This document shows positions 16,285-25,187 of a stretch of DNA of 55,115 bases, one piece after another. Made by a program: the position numbers and the translations under genes. The notes beneath the pieces were generated by a model. That model was not told the DNA's origin and did not search any database. It was given only the letters and a program-made list of their open reading frames with translations. Every line of letters begins with the position of its first letter. Position 1 is the first letter of the stretch. Source of the DNA: an uncultured Methanosarcinales archaeon (GTDB lineage Archaea > Nanobdellota > Nanobdellia > Woesearchaeales > GW2011-AR4); contig CAZSIU010000002.1 in NCBI GenBank assembly GCA_964607225.1, positions 1 through 55,115 of the forward strand, in the 5' to 3' direction.

Positions 16285-17923
16285 TTTTTAAAATAAAAAC
16301 AACTTCATTTTGGAAAACCATGCTAACATAGTCTTTTTTGAGCATTTCAGATGCTATTAATAAATTATACTGCGCAAGCGCCTGCTGCCTTGATGCCTTA
16401 TCAAAAACATAGTAATCAAACTTGCAAATGTCATGGACTCCTTCAAAGAATTCTGCTGGTTTTGATTTGCCAGCTTTCTCAAACCGGAAGAAGCTTTCCT
16501 TGGTTACCAAGCCCCCTCCAGAGTCTCCTGGCAACTCCGTATAATAGTGCCTCTTTATCCTTCTTTCCTGCAATGAATTTACAAATTCGTTTGCCCACAC
16601 CTGATAATGAACCCTTTTTGCATTTCTTAATAAGGCATCTTGGCTGTATATGTCCCCATAAAAGAAATATATTAGTGCATCATTTTCCGTATTTCGACTA
16701 ATCCACTTAAGGGCTTCCCAGTGGTATTTGTCCATCACCCCTTGGTTAGTTGTTATATCAGTATATGGTATGGAAGGTATAGCCTGAACATCTGTTTGCT
16801 TGATTATCGGAAACTTTATGATTCCACTAAGTAAAAATACGAGAATTACAAAAATGGAGGATGTTAAAACAAAATTCCATTTCCTGATTAAAAATTTAAA
16901 AATAATATAGAGTCCTAGTCCTAGAAATGCGGATAAGTAAATTGGCCATAAAAATCTTGCCTGAAATGACCTAAAGCCGAAGCCTACATAGTTTAAGAAT
17001 CCAATAAGCAGCATTGCAAAAGCCAAAATCAAAGATATATGAAGGTTCTTTAATTTTAATACAGAGAATATTATTCCTATTGCAATTGGCAGCAATAATA
17101 AGCCAAAACCTGCAATATATAGCACAGGAGTCCCAAAGGATACAGGCTCTGCATTGAAAGAATATGGCTGATCTTTTGCCCATGTATTCTGGAAAATTAC
17201 CAAGTAATAGAATGAAATCAAAAAAGAAACAGCAAAAGCCGCCATTATTGCCTTAATATCCTGCTTCTTTATACCTTTAAATATAAATCTTATCCCAAAA
17301 AATAATATCAAAAATATTATGGCAAAAATTGTTGCTGTGGCATGAATCAAAGTTATTGATGAAAGGGCTATCGCTATTATAATGAACGATTTGTCCAAAT
17401 CCATTCTCATGATACTCCAGAAAAAGAAAATCAGAAATGACTGGGATAGGATAGACGGCCAATGCCCCCATACAAAACCTATGGTTATCGGACTGGAAAA
17501 AATTAGCATGGATAAAGGCGCCGAGAGCAAAGCAACTGCTTTGCTATAATCTCTTATTATAAAATACATTACCAAGCTGCTTAATATTGGAAAAATAGTT
17601 ACCAAGAAGTACATAGTGTCATAGGTTTCCATTCCGGACAGATATGATAAAATAACAGCAAGATGATAGGAAACCGGCGGATACCTTCCAACAACATTTT
17701 CAAGGCCCAAAGAAATGTAATTTGCTTCATACCTAAAGTTCCCCATATCCTTAATTGCTTCCGCTCTTACCTGATGCTGGAAAGCGTCAGAGGCACCATA
17801 GCCAAAGGGGAAATCATGCTTTATCTTATGGTCAAATAGATTTCCAGGGCCTAAAAATAAAATAACGCTAAAAAATAGCACTAAAAGAACCTTTTCTATG
17901 TCAACTTTTATTTTTACCACCAC
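16241..17923 (-). CDS. Polytopic GT-C-like membrane protein, paralog of 4833-6428
   Basis: 560 aa with a GTG start. First loop PFGYGASDAF, then YPP, LIFS...WGHWPSILS, and C-terminal KWISRNTENDALIY. Soluble C-terminal domain. Confidence 0.55.
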   Translation of the reverse strand: MVVKIKVDIEKVLLVLFFSVILFLGPGNLFDHKIKHDFPFGYGASDAFQHQVRAEAIKDMGNFRYEANYISLGLENVVGRYPPVSYHLAVILSYLSGMETYDTMYFLVTIFPILSSLVMYFIIRDYSKAVALLSAPLSMLIFSSPITIGFVWGHWPSILSQSFLIFFFWSIMRMDLDKSFIIIAIALSSITLIHATATIFAIIFLILFFGIRFIFKGIKKQDIKAIMAAFAVSFLISFYYLVIFQNTWAKDQPYSFNAEPVSFGTPVLYIAGFGLLLLPIAIGIIFSVLKLKNLHISLILAFAMLLIGFLNYVGFGFRSFQARFLWPIYLSAFLGLGLYIIFKFLIRKWNFVLTSSIFVILVFLLSGIIKFPIIKQTDVQAIPSIPYTDITTNQGVMDKYHWEALKWISRNTENDALIYFFYGDIYSQDALLRNAKRVHYQVWANEFVNSLQERRIKRHYYTELPGDSGGGLVTKESFFRFEKAGKSKPAEFFEGVHDICKFDYYVFDKASRQQALAQYNLLIASEMLKKDYVSMVFQNEVVFILKNDNPGADCVEERSF

Positions 17924-20150
17924 GCCGCTTTGTATAAGAATATCCTAAAAATGCAACAATCAAGGATGATGTCACTATAGTAATTAATAAACCTTTCCTA
18001 AACGAAGCAGGTTTATATTTGAATGTTATTTTATCGTCTTTGTCAACGAAAACAGCAGTTATTATGCCGTTAGCCTTCAGAATTTCTTTTTTATCTTTTC
18101 CGTTGGCTTCCCACCCCGGGAAACTAGAGAATCTTTCGCTTAATACCAAAAATCCCTTTTTACCTTTTACATTATACGTTGCTTTATTGTTCTCATACTC
18201 TATTACTTCAATCTCTTCGAAATGCCCATCAAGCTCTTTAAATAAATTTTGGATTTCATCCTGGCTTATAGAATTTTTATTGCTAAACATATCCGGAAGT
18301 AAAATTCCACCATTGTCAACATAGCTTCTTAATTTTGTAATCTGGCTATCATCCAATTCAGTAATAATTATAGCATCATATTTTCTCAAATCTGAAAGCG
18401 TATGCTGGTTTAGCGGTTTTTCCCCCTGAATTATTACAACATTATTGGGGTTAAAATTATTGTCCAATAATAATGAGTATATCAGCTGATTGCTGTTTTG
18501 CTGATTTCCTATTGTTAATATGCTTTTATCAACAAAGTAGGCGCGAGGCATAAAATAAAGATTTTCATAAAGGTAGGGACCAGACGCTTCCCACGGCTCA
18601 CAACCTTTGCATACTTCAAATTTGTCTATGAACCTTAAACCTTTGATATCAAGCTCTTTGTCCGAAATAACATACTTATTGTTGAGTATGCCCCATAATT
18701 TTGCGGGATTTGATTGCTGTGCTATTGACAAGTATTTCAAATAGTCATTGAACCATATTCCGCTTCCGCCCTTGATTGTCCCTATGCCTAATTGGGATAG
18801 GTAATTGTATCCTGAGGCTCCAACTAAAGTTGATAATGCAAGGTTTATCGTCCGAAATGTGCTTGCGTCTTTGCTTATATAATCATTAATCGGTATTTCC
18901 TTAGGCTTCACAATCAATGTTGCTTTCGGCATGGTTTGCAAAAACAGCAGTTCAACAGCTATCAAAATTATTACGCTAATAAAAATTATATTTTTTTTAT
19001 TTATTTTAATTACATTGCAAACCTTATCTTTCAAAATAATAAAACCTGCGCCTGCCAGAATTGAAGAAGAAAATGCTGTCAGGAATAATGCTCTTTCTAT
19101 ATGCCTTAATTGGTTGAATACCGGAAGCTTGTAGAAAATATCAGCAACAAGCCCTTTCATTGCCATGAGAATTGAGAATATAAGCAGGGCAATTGAAAAC
19201 ATCACATACCTCTTTTTGTAATTATAAAGGCCAAACAGCAGCAATATAAATCCAGCAATCCCTACGGCAGCGGATATCCCTTCCCCTACAAGATTTGTCA
19301 TTAATATATGCACAAAGTTGCTCAACTCTATAGGATGGCCGAGATATTCCTGGTAAGAGACACCTTCCGAGCGGTTGGATAAATCCATGAACTCAAAACC
19401 AGGCAGCAGCTTTACTGCGGAAATGCCGAATGCGACCAAAAGAATAATTACCAAAGAAAATACCAATTTTAATGTTCGTTTTGGCAGATTCCTTCCGAAT
19501 AGATAAAACAATGCATAAATGCCAAACAACACTATCTCATAAGGTATCAATAAGGTTCCTCCTGCGAATAGCTGCAATGCAATAAAAACTCCAGACAGGA
19601 TGGAATATTTTGCATAGTCCCTTGACTGCAGGGCTTTTATGAAGAACATAAATGCAAACGGTATTAGGGAGTATCCAGCCAGAACATTAAGGTTCCCAGT
19701 TATGACAAAAGAGTGCATATAGCCGTTAAGCATATAGATTATTGCCGATATAAAAGCGCCTTTTTTGTTATCATAAAAGGCTAAAAACAGGAAATACATT
19801 CCCAGACCGGCTAAAAAAAAGTAAGTTATAGTTGCTAAATTCATAGCTACGAAGATATCCCTAAATAAGACAATGTACAGAAAGTTAAAATCAAGAAAAT
19901 AATATTCGGGTTGCGCATATAAAGGCCTTCCCGAATAATAATAAGGCGTCCACAAGTGCAATCCTTTGTATTTGAAGAGAGACTCTTTTACGTTATGGGA
20001 AACAAAAGTTACATCATTAATATGATGTATATTGTTCATTATTTTTGATGTACTCAAAATGCTATGCAGGAAAACAATACTTATCAGAAACAGCAAAATA
20101 ATAAAAAGTAGACTCTCTTTGTCGGATTTAGAGAATACATTTTTAAGCAT
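17901..20150 (-). CDS. Large polytopic membrane protein with YfhO-like (GT-C) architecture
   Basis: 749 aa. N-terminal multi-TM block contains LHLWTPYYYSGRPLYAQPEYYF. A large extracytoplasmic domain is followed by one terminal TM and a basic tail (KRRGGKNKS). Confidence 0.5.
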   Translation of the reverse strand: MLKNVFSKSDKESLLFIILLFLISIVFLHSILSTSKIMNNIHHINDVTFVSHNVKESLFKYKGLHLWTPYYYSGRPLYAQPEYYFLDFNFLYIVLFRDIFVAMNLATITYFFLAGLGMYFLFLAFYDNKKGAFISAIIYMLNGYMHSFVITGNLNVLAGYSLIPFAFMFFIKALQSRDYAKYSILSGVFIALQLFAGGTLLIPYEIVLFGIYALFYLFGRNLPKRTLKLVFSLVIILLVAFGISAVKLLPGFEFMDLSNRSEGVSYQEYLGHPIELSNFVHILMTNLVGEGISAAVGIAGFILLLFGLYNYKKRYVMFSIALLIFSILMAMKGLVADIFYKLPVFNQLRHIERALFLTAFSSSILAGAGFIILKDKVCNVIKINKKNIIFISVIILIAVELLFLQTMPKATLIVKPKEIPINDYISKDASTFRTINLALSTLVGASGYNYLSQLGIGTIKGGSGIWFNDYLKYLSIAQQSNPAKLWGILNNKYVISDKELDIKGLRFIDKFEVCKGCEPWEASGPYLYENLYFMPRAYFVDKSILTIGNQQNSNQLIYSLLLDNNFNPNNVVIIQGEKPLNQHTLSDLRKYDAIIITELDDSQITKLRSYVDNGGILLPDMFSNKNSISQDEIQNLFKELDGHFEEIEVIEYENNKATYNVKGKKGFLVLSERFSSFPGWEANGKDKKEILKANGIITAVFVDKDDKITFKYKPASFRKGLLITIVTSSLIVAFLGYSYTKRRGGKNKS

Positions 20151-20200
20151 ATGTGTGTTGATTCAGGAGTATTTATTAATTTTTTGAGTATCCAATCGAT

Positions 20201-20289
20201 ATAGTAAGTGACACAAATTTTAGGACAATTTATTTGTCACTTACTATCTCAGAAAATGACACAAATGTCCAATAATTAATGTCATTTTC
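20201..20289. promoter_or_regulatory. Two adjacent perfect palindromes (candidate operator or 5-prime-UTR hairpins) in a divergent promoter region
   Basis: IR1: atagtaagtgaca (20201-20213) / tgtcacttactat (20235-20247). IR2: gaaaatgaca (20252-20261) / tgtcattttc (20280-20289). Both left arms continue with the same caaat, so tgacacaaat occurs at 20209-20218 and 20257-20266. The 12-mer tgtcacttacta recurs at 26180-26191. Confidence 0.45.
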
Positions 20290-20332
20290 TAATATATGAA
20301 AAATCTTTTAAACCAATGCATTAAACTACAAA

Positions 20333-22903
20333 ATGCCATATAAAATGAAAATAAAGCTCGCACCCATATTAGTCTTGGCTTATTTTTTGCTAACATTGGT
20401 GATATCCCAATTTAAAATTTACCCCCTTATATTTTTTGCCTTTGTGGTAGTTCTTGGCTATTTTACCAATATCAAGAATGGCATTAAGAACCTACTTTAT
20501 TTACTTTCTGCACTGTCTGCTTTTCTCCCTTTATTTGCCATATTTCTGATATACCTGCCTTTCACAGTTTTCGGGATGCTGTTAAAGGAAAGAAATTTTA
20601 TAAGAGACTATATCCTGGGATTTGCGATTTCTTTTATACCTACTACAATTATCTACCTTATCTCAACTTACTTATCCATCCCCCTAAATATTGCGATAAT
20701 TGCCGTTCTTGTGTATTTATTGCCTGTCATGGTTTTTGCAATTTTGAGGGAAAAATCAATCAAAGCATTCGAACTGAGCAATAGGGAACTTATTTTTTTC
20801 TTAACATTTCTTTTTTTTGCAACGGTTGTTGCTATAAACATAGTTGATGACAATAACCTATTTATGGCGAATGCGGCAAGGGAATTTTACAGGATACAGC
20901 TTGCAGTAGAGGGCATAGGAGAAAACGGCTTAATTCCAATTTATAACCCAGGAATAGGTCATGGTGAAGACACTTACCTATGGATACCACCAGCAAATAT
21001 AATCCATTTTGCAACATCAAACCTTTTGCTTAAGTTTATTGATCCTCTGCTTTTTTATAATGCACACTCGTTTTTTCTGTTGTTTATTTTTATTTTAAGC
21101 CTAAGCTTTCTCTTTTCAAAATTAACAAATGACAAGTCAAATATTGGCATACTGGCTGTCATTGCAGTAAGCCTAGTTACCGGTCTAAATTTTTTCATAC
21201 TGCAGTCTATAGAGGGCTTAAAGGCATTTACCGGCTATCCTATAGCCACATTGCTTGCTGGCATAATTATAGGCAACCCAAAAAAATTCAGCGAATTTGT
21301 AGTGATAATGTATCTATCCGCTTTGATGCTACTTGTACATCCATCGTTGGGTTTTGGTACAACAATCTTTGCAATAAGCTTATTCTTTTTCACAAAGCTA
21401 TACTATTTTAAAGACAGAAGTGAGCTCAAGTATTTTTTTAAGTGGATTATGGACAATAAATTGAAGGTTATCATAATCTTAGCTTTGATTGGATCATTGC
21501 CATTATTTTATGTATCGACTCCATCAATTTTCAAAGATTTTCTTTCGCAGACAGCAAGGTTTAATTTCACGCTGGAGCTTTTTAAAAATACATTTACCTC
21601 ATTTTACGCAGAGTACCGCACTAATGAGTTTTCCTTTTTGTCATTTAGTTTTCCAGGCTACCCTGATGTTAACAGAATAGACGACCATAAGTTTGGATTT
21701 TTTATTTCAGTTATAGGACTAATATCATTTTTTTTGCTGATGTTTTTATATAGGTCCAAATCACTAAAAAACTATCGAGTATTTGCATTTGGCTATTTGT
21801 TCCATCTCTTTTTGCTGTCCTTGTTAACGGTATTTGGCGAGAGGGTCGGAGGATTTTTTAAGACTCCCGGGCTTTACTTGCTGGTGTTATTAGGAGCGTC
21901 TATACTTGCCCTAATTTACGTGATAAGCAATAAAAATGCAAAATTAGCAATGATTGCAATTATAGTTGTGTTTGCCGCATTTCTTCATATGATGCCTTAT
22001 GCAAAGCAAAACATTAGCAACATACACAGGGAAGGTTTTATGAGCGGCGATATTTATAAGAACGAACTGGATTTCATAAGCCAATTGCCCGTTGACGGAA
22101 GAATATTGACTTATGGACTTTTTGACAATGTTGTTGATTATGGAATAAATTATATCACTGGAAGATATGGATCAAGAAATGAAAAAACATCGCTTCAGAG
22201 TGCAAGAACACCTCACGAGAAGATACACGACCAAAATTCATTTGGAGATCCAGGAGTCATAATTGGTAAGTTTGGAGCAGAGCTTTCCAATTACCTCAAA
22301 GCCGGCGGCTACAAATACGTATTTATGAACATAGCACACCCTGTGGCCAATTACGTCTTAGCCCAAATATATCCTAATTTCTCCTATCCTATCTATCAGA
22401 ATGGGCCTTTAGTGATTTTAGTGGTAAATGATACTTATTATGCTGAAAAAGTGAACTTGGTGGAACAAGTTGATGATAGAATCTATAAACAAACTGGTGG
22501 GTACAAATATACGACTATTGGCAGGCATTACGATTATGATTATAGTGGTGCACAATTTGAGACTGAACCAAAAGAACCAGAGCCATTAAGATTTGAGAGA
22601 TTATCTCCTGAGAAGGTAGGGATTTATGGAAACTTCAGCGATGGGGGCTGGGTTGTTTTCAAGGAACAGTACTTTGCGAGGTGGAAAGCTTATATGGGTG
22701 GAAAGGAAATTCCGGTTTTTACAAATAATCATGAGATGATTCTGCTAAGAACCATTAGCGGAGATACGATTTTGCTTGAATATTCTTTGCTTCCTATAGA
22801 AAAATTCATTGGTATTGTCTCTTTAGCCGGATTTTTGTTCTTCTCCCTGTTTGTTTTATTTCTGGTCAGGCAGGGGTCTTTAAATGCATACAGTCCAGAA
22901 TAA
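20333..22903 (+). CDS. Large polytopic membrane protein (GT-C/YfhO-like topology), function unknown
   Basis: 856 aa with more than 12 TM helices, a large C-terminal soluble domain and a final TM (IVSLAGFLFFSLFVLFLV). No confident family motif recognised. Confidence 0.45.
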   Translation: MPYKMKIKLAPILVLAYFLLTLVISQFKIYPLIFFAFVVVLGYFTNIKNGIKNLLYLLSALSAFLPLFAIFLIYLPFTVFGMLLKERNFIRDYILGFAISFIPTTIIYLISTYLSIPLNIAIIAVLVYLLPVMVFAILREKSIKAFELSNRELIFFLTFLFFATVVAINIVDDNNLFMANAAREFYRIQLAVEGIGENGLIPIYNPGIGHGEDTYLWIPPANIIHFATSNLLLKFIDPLLFYNAHSFFLLFIFILSLSFLFSKLTNDKSNIGILAVIAVSLVTGLNFFILQSIEGLKAFTGYPIATLLAGIIIGNPKKFSEFVVIMYLSALMLLVHPSLGFGTTIFAISLFFFTKLYYFKDRSELKYFFKWIMDNKLKVIIILALIGSLPLFYVSTPSIFKDFLSQTARFNFTLELFKNTFTSFYAEYRTNEFSFLSFSFPGYPDVNRIDDHKFGFFISVIGLISFFLLMFLYRSKSLKNYRVFAFGYLFHLFLLSLLTVFGERVGGFFKTPGLYLLVLLGASILALIYVISNKNAKLAMIAIIVVFAAFLHMMPYAKQNISNIHREGFMSGDIYKNELDFISQLPVDGRILTYGLFDNVVDYGINYITGRYGSRNEKTSLQSARTPHEKIHDQNSFGDPGVIIGKFGAELSNYLKAGGYKYVFMNIAHPVANYVLAQIYPNFSYPIYQNGPLVILVVNDTYYAEKVNLVEQVDDRIYKQTGGYKYTTIGRHYDYDYSGAQFETEPKEPEPLRFERLSPEKVGIYGNFSDGGWVVFKEQYFARWKAYMGGKEIPVFTNNHEMILLRTISGDTILLEYSLLPIEKFIGIVSLAGFLFFSLFVLFLVRQGSLNAYSPE

Positions 22904-22915
22904 TAATCAAGACGC

Positions 22916-23710
22916 TTATTTGCCAGTAAGACTTTCTTTTAGCTTTTGAGGAACAAAAAAACAATTTTTAAATCTCCCTTCATCAAACTCCGCAAATTTC
23001 ATTTGCTTAGAGTCAAAGCCGTAAATATAATATCTTCTCTTCAAAAAGAAACTTTTAATTTTTGAGAAGTTACTCTCATTGTACTCTATAAGGAAAGATG
23101 GAGAATGCATCTTTATTGTTTTGACGCAGCTATACAAAACATCTAACTCATTGCCTTCCACATCAATCTTCACTATATCGGGGCTTAGTTTTAAGTCATC
23201 AATTTTTATCGTAGTGACAAAAGTTTCTTTATATTTGAACTTGTCTGCTATTTTCTTGCCAAATAAAGATTCTATGTTCTTCTTTAATAAACTCAAATTG
23301 GCGGAAGTAGCGGTGTGCATAGCATAAAAATAATAAATGGGGGTATATAGCTTCAGTTTTAGATTACCTTTCCTGCCAACGGCACGAATAATATAGTTTA
23401 CGTTTGGAATCTCCGATTTTATTCTTTCAAGCCTTTGCCTGTGCAACGAGTTTGCTTCTATAGAAAAAATTCTCCAGCCCTTTTTGAGTTTATGAAAAGA
23501 TAATACACTTCTTCCGTCATTTGCCCCTATATCGAGGAACAAACCATTTTTTTTATTTGTGAGTTTACAAAGGCCATAATAGTCATCGTCATGAGGCAGA
23601 AAAATTGGGAAATTCCGCAGAAAAAACTCAGCAGCAAAAATACCCAGTGGATGCTTCTCAACAATTTTTTTAGTATAATTCCTTAGGTTTTTTATGAATT
23701 TTAGAGTCAT
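22916..23710 (-). CDS. FkbM-family SAM-dependent methyltransferase
   Basis: FLDIGANDGRSVL (SAM motif I) and VKIDVEGNELDVL are characteristic of Methyltransf_21/FkbM. ATG 23710 is preferred over the TTG at 23728. Confidence 0.75.
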   Translation of the reverse strand: MTLKFIKNLRNYTKKIVEKHPLGIFAAEFFLRNFPIFLPHDDDYYGLCKLTNKKNGLFLDIGANDGRSVLSFHKLKKGWRIFSIEANSLHRQRLERIKSEIPNVNYIIRAVGRKGNLKLKLYTPIYYFYAMHTATSANLSLLKKNIESLFGKKIADKFKYKETFVTTIKIDDLKLSPDIVKIDVEGNELDVLYSCVKTIKMHSPSFLIEYNESNFSKIKSFFLKRRYYIYGFDSKQMKFAEFDEGRFKNCFFVPQKLKESLTGK

Positions 23711-24033
23711 TTTATAAATTGGTGTCAATAAAAGCTATATGTGAAAGTCTGAAATTCTTTAAAAGCATTTGCATTAAATAAAGTAACTATAAATTTTACT
23801 TTAAATAAAATAATCCTTCAGAAATTTAGGTTCAGCCAGTGCGCTTCGCATTTATTTGGACACACCGCATTAAGCACAAGTTGGCAATTATGCATGAATT
23901 CATTATTTTGCTTTCGGAACTGGGGTTAGTATTTTAGAGCTAAATGCTTCTACCAAGGCGACTTTTGAAACGGATTTGCATTAAAATTAAAACATAGTAA
24001 TATTTAATAAGTTGTTATTAATTTATTTCAATT

Positions 24034-24486
24034 ATGCATTGTTTATTTTGTGATTTAGTAAGTGGAAAAAGAAAAAGTCATCCGAATGGCTACCCATTTA
24101 CAGTAATCAACGAAACCCCAAATACAATTTCTTTTATGGCAATAGATATTCCTGCAACAGAAGATGGTCATTTATTAGTCATTCCTAAAAATCACTTTAC
24201 ATATGTAGAGGATTTACCAAAGTATATCCTGCACGAATTAATTGACCACGTAAGTCTTATCATAAGAGTTTTAAGAAAAACACATCAGGGTTGCAACATT
24301 TTGCTCAATGACGGAAAAAGTGCAGGCCAACATATACTTCATGCACATTTCCATGTTATTCCAAGAGATAAGGGGGATAAAATTAAGATTGATGTGTGGA
24401 AACGTAAAAGAATTGGTAAGCAGGATTTTATAAAATTGAATGCTAAAATAAGAAATGCTTTAGCAAAGTACAAAGACGATAATTAA
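24034..24486 (+). CDS. HIT-family nucleotide hydrolase/transferase
   Basis: 150 aa with the histidine-triad motif HAHFHVIP. Confidence 0.85.
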   Translation: MHCLFCDLVSGKRKSHPNGYPFTVINETPNTISFMAIDIPATEDGHLLVIPKNHFTYVEDLPKYILHELIDHVSLIIRVLRKTHQGCNILLNDGKSAGQHILHAHFHVIPRDKGDKIKIDVWKRKRIGKQDFIKLNAKIRNALAKYKDDN

Positions 24487-24505
24487 GAAGGTATATCCAA
24501 TATTT

Positions 24506-25180
24506 CTACTGATGAGCCCTCATTAAATACTTTATTGTCTGCTCCAATTCAACTCCTGCTATGTGCCTTGAAATCTCAGAGTAAAAAAATCCTGGCTTTT
24601 TTAATTCTTGAAGGCGGTCATCTTGAAACTGTTCTGGCTTTTTAGCATAATAATCCATCTGCGTTTGACGCAAAGTAAATCTCCAAAGTTTGTCAGCATC
24701 CCTTACAACTCCATCTTCTGGGCAAAAAAAGCCAACTCGAGTGTCATGTTGAGCGACAATCTCTACAATCGTTGACTTATATTTCTCTGGATAACCAACT
24801 TCTTCCAAAATTCTTTGTGAAATTTCTACTCCTGCTTTTTGATGAAGATCTCTATATCTTTGCTCATTTTTCCTAAAACCCTCAGAAAAAGGCTCATATT
24901 TAGGCAGAACTTTGGGTATCAAATCGCCCCATCCGGTATCATGCAATATAGCAGCAGGAATTACAATTGCTCTTTCAGCTTGGATATATTCTAGAAGTTT
25001 AAAGGCAAAATACAGGACATGTTCTGCATGTCCAACATCTTCTCTCTTGTCTTGATAAGGAAATGCTTTATCCCAAATCTCTACCTCTCTCGGAGTAAAT
25101 AAATATCTTATATTGTTTCCTTGGCCACTTTTGTCCCAAGTAGAAAGGTTCATTGGTTTATAGTCTGTTATTAATTTCAT
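24506..25180 (-). CDS. HD-domain metal-dependent phosphohydrolase
   Basis: H...HD motif (AAILHDTGW) and a second AQHDTR. ATG 25180 is preceded by aggtga. The ORF-track start at 25222 would overlap the upstream gene by 35 nt. Confidence 0.65.
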   Translation of the reverse strand: MKLITDYKPMNLSTWDKSGQGNNIRYLFTPREVEIWDKAFPYQDKREDVGHAEHVLYFAFKLLEYIQAERAIVIPAAILHDTGWGDLIPKVLPKYEPFSEGFRKNEQRYRDLHQKAGVEISQRILEEVGYPEKYKSTIVEIVAQHDTRVGFFCPEDGVVRDADKLWRFTLRQTQMDYYAKKPEQFQDDRLQELKKPGFFYSEISRHIAGVELEQTIKYLMRAHQ

Positions 25181-25187
25181 TTCATCA

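Noticed and set aside
4833-22903. Any of the large polytopic proteins as the canonical oligosaccharyltransferase AglB/PglB.
   Set aside because: I could not find a WWDYG-type motif in any of the five sequences. They are therefore reported only as GT-C-like candidates.
23729-24033. 305-nt divergent spacer with a slightly GC-richer core (cagtgcgcttcgcattta...) as a possible degenerate copy of the GC-rich repeat family or an ncRNA.
   Set aside because: Only a short cttcgcatt-like resemblance to the tcgcattc core, with no convincing hairpins or terminal repeats. The evidence is too weak to call.
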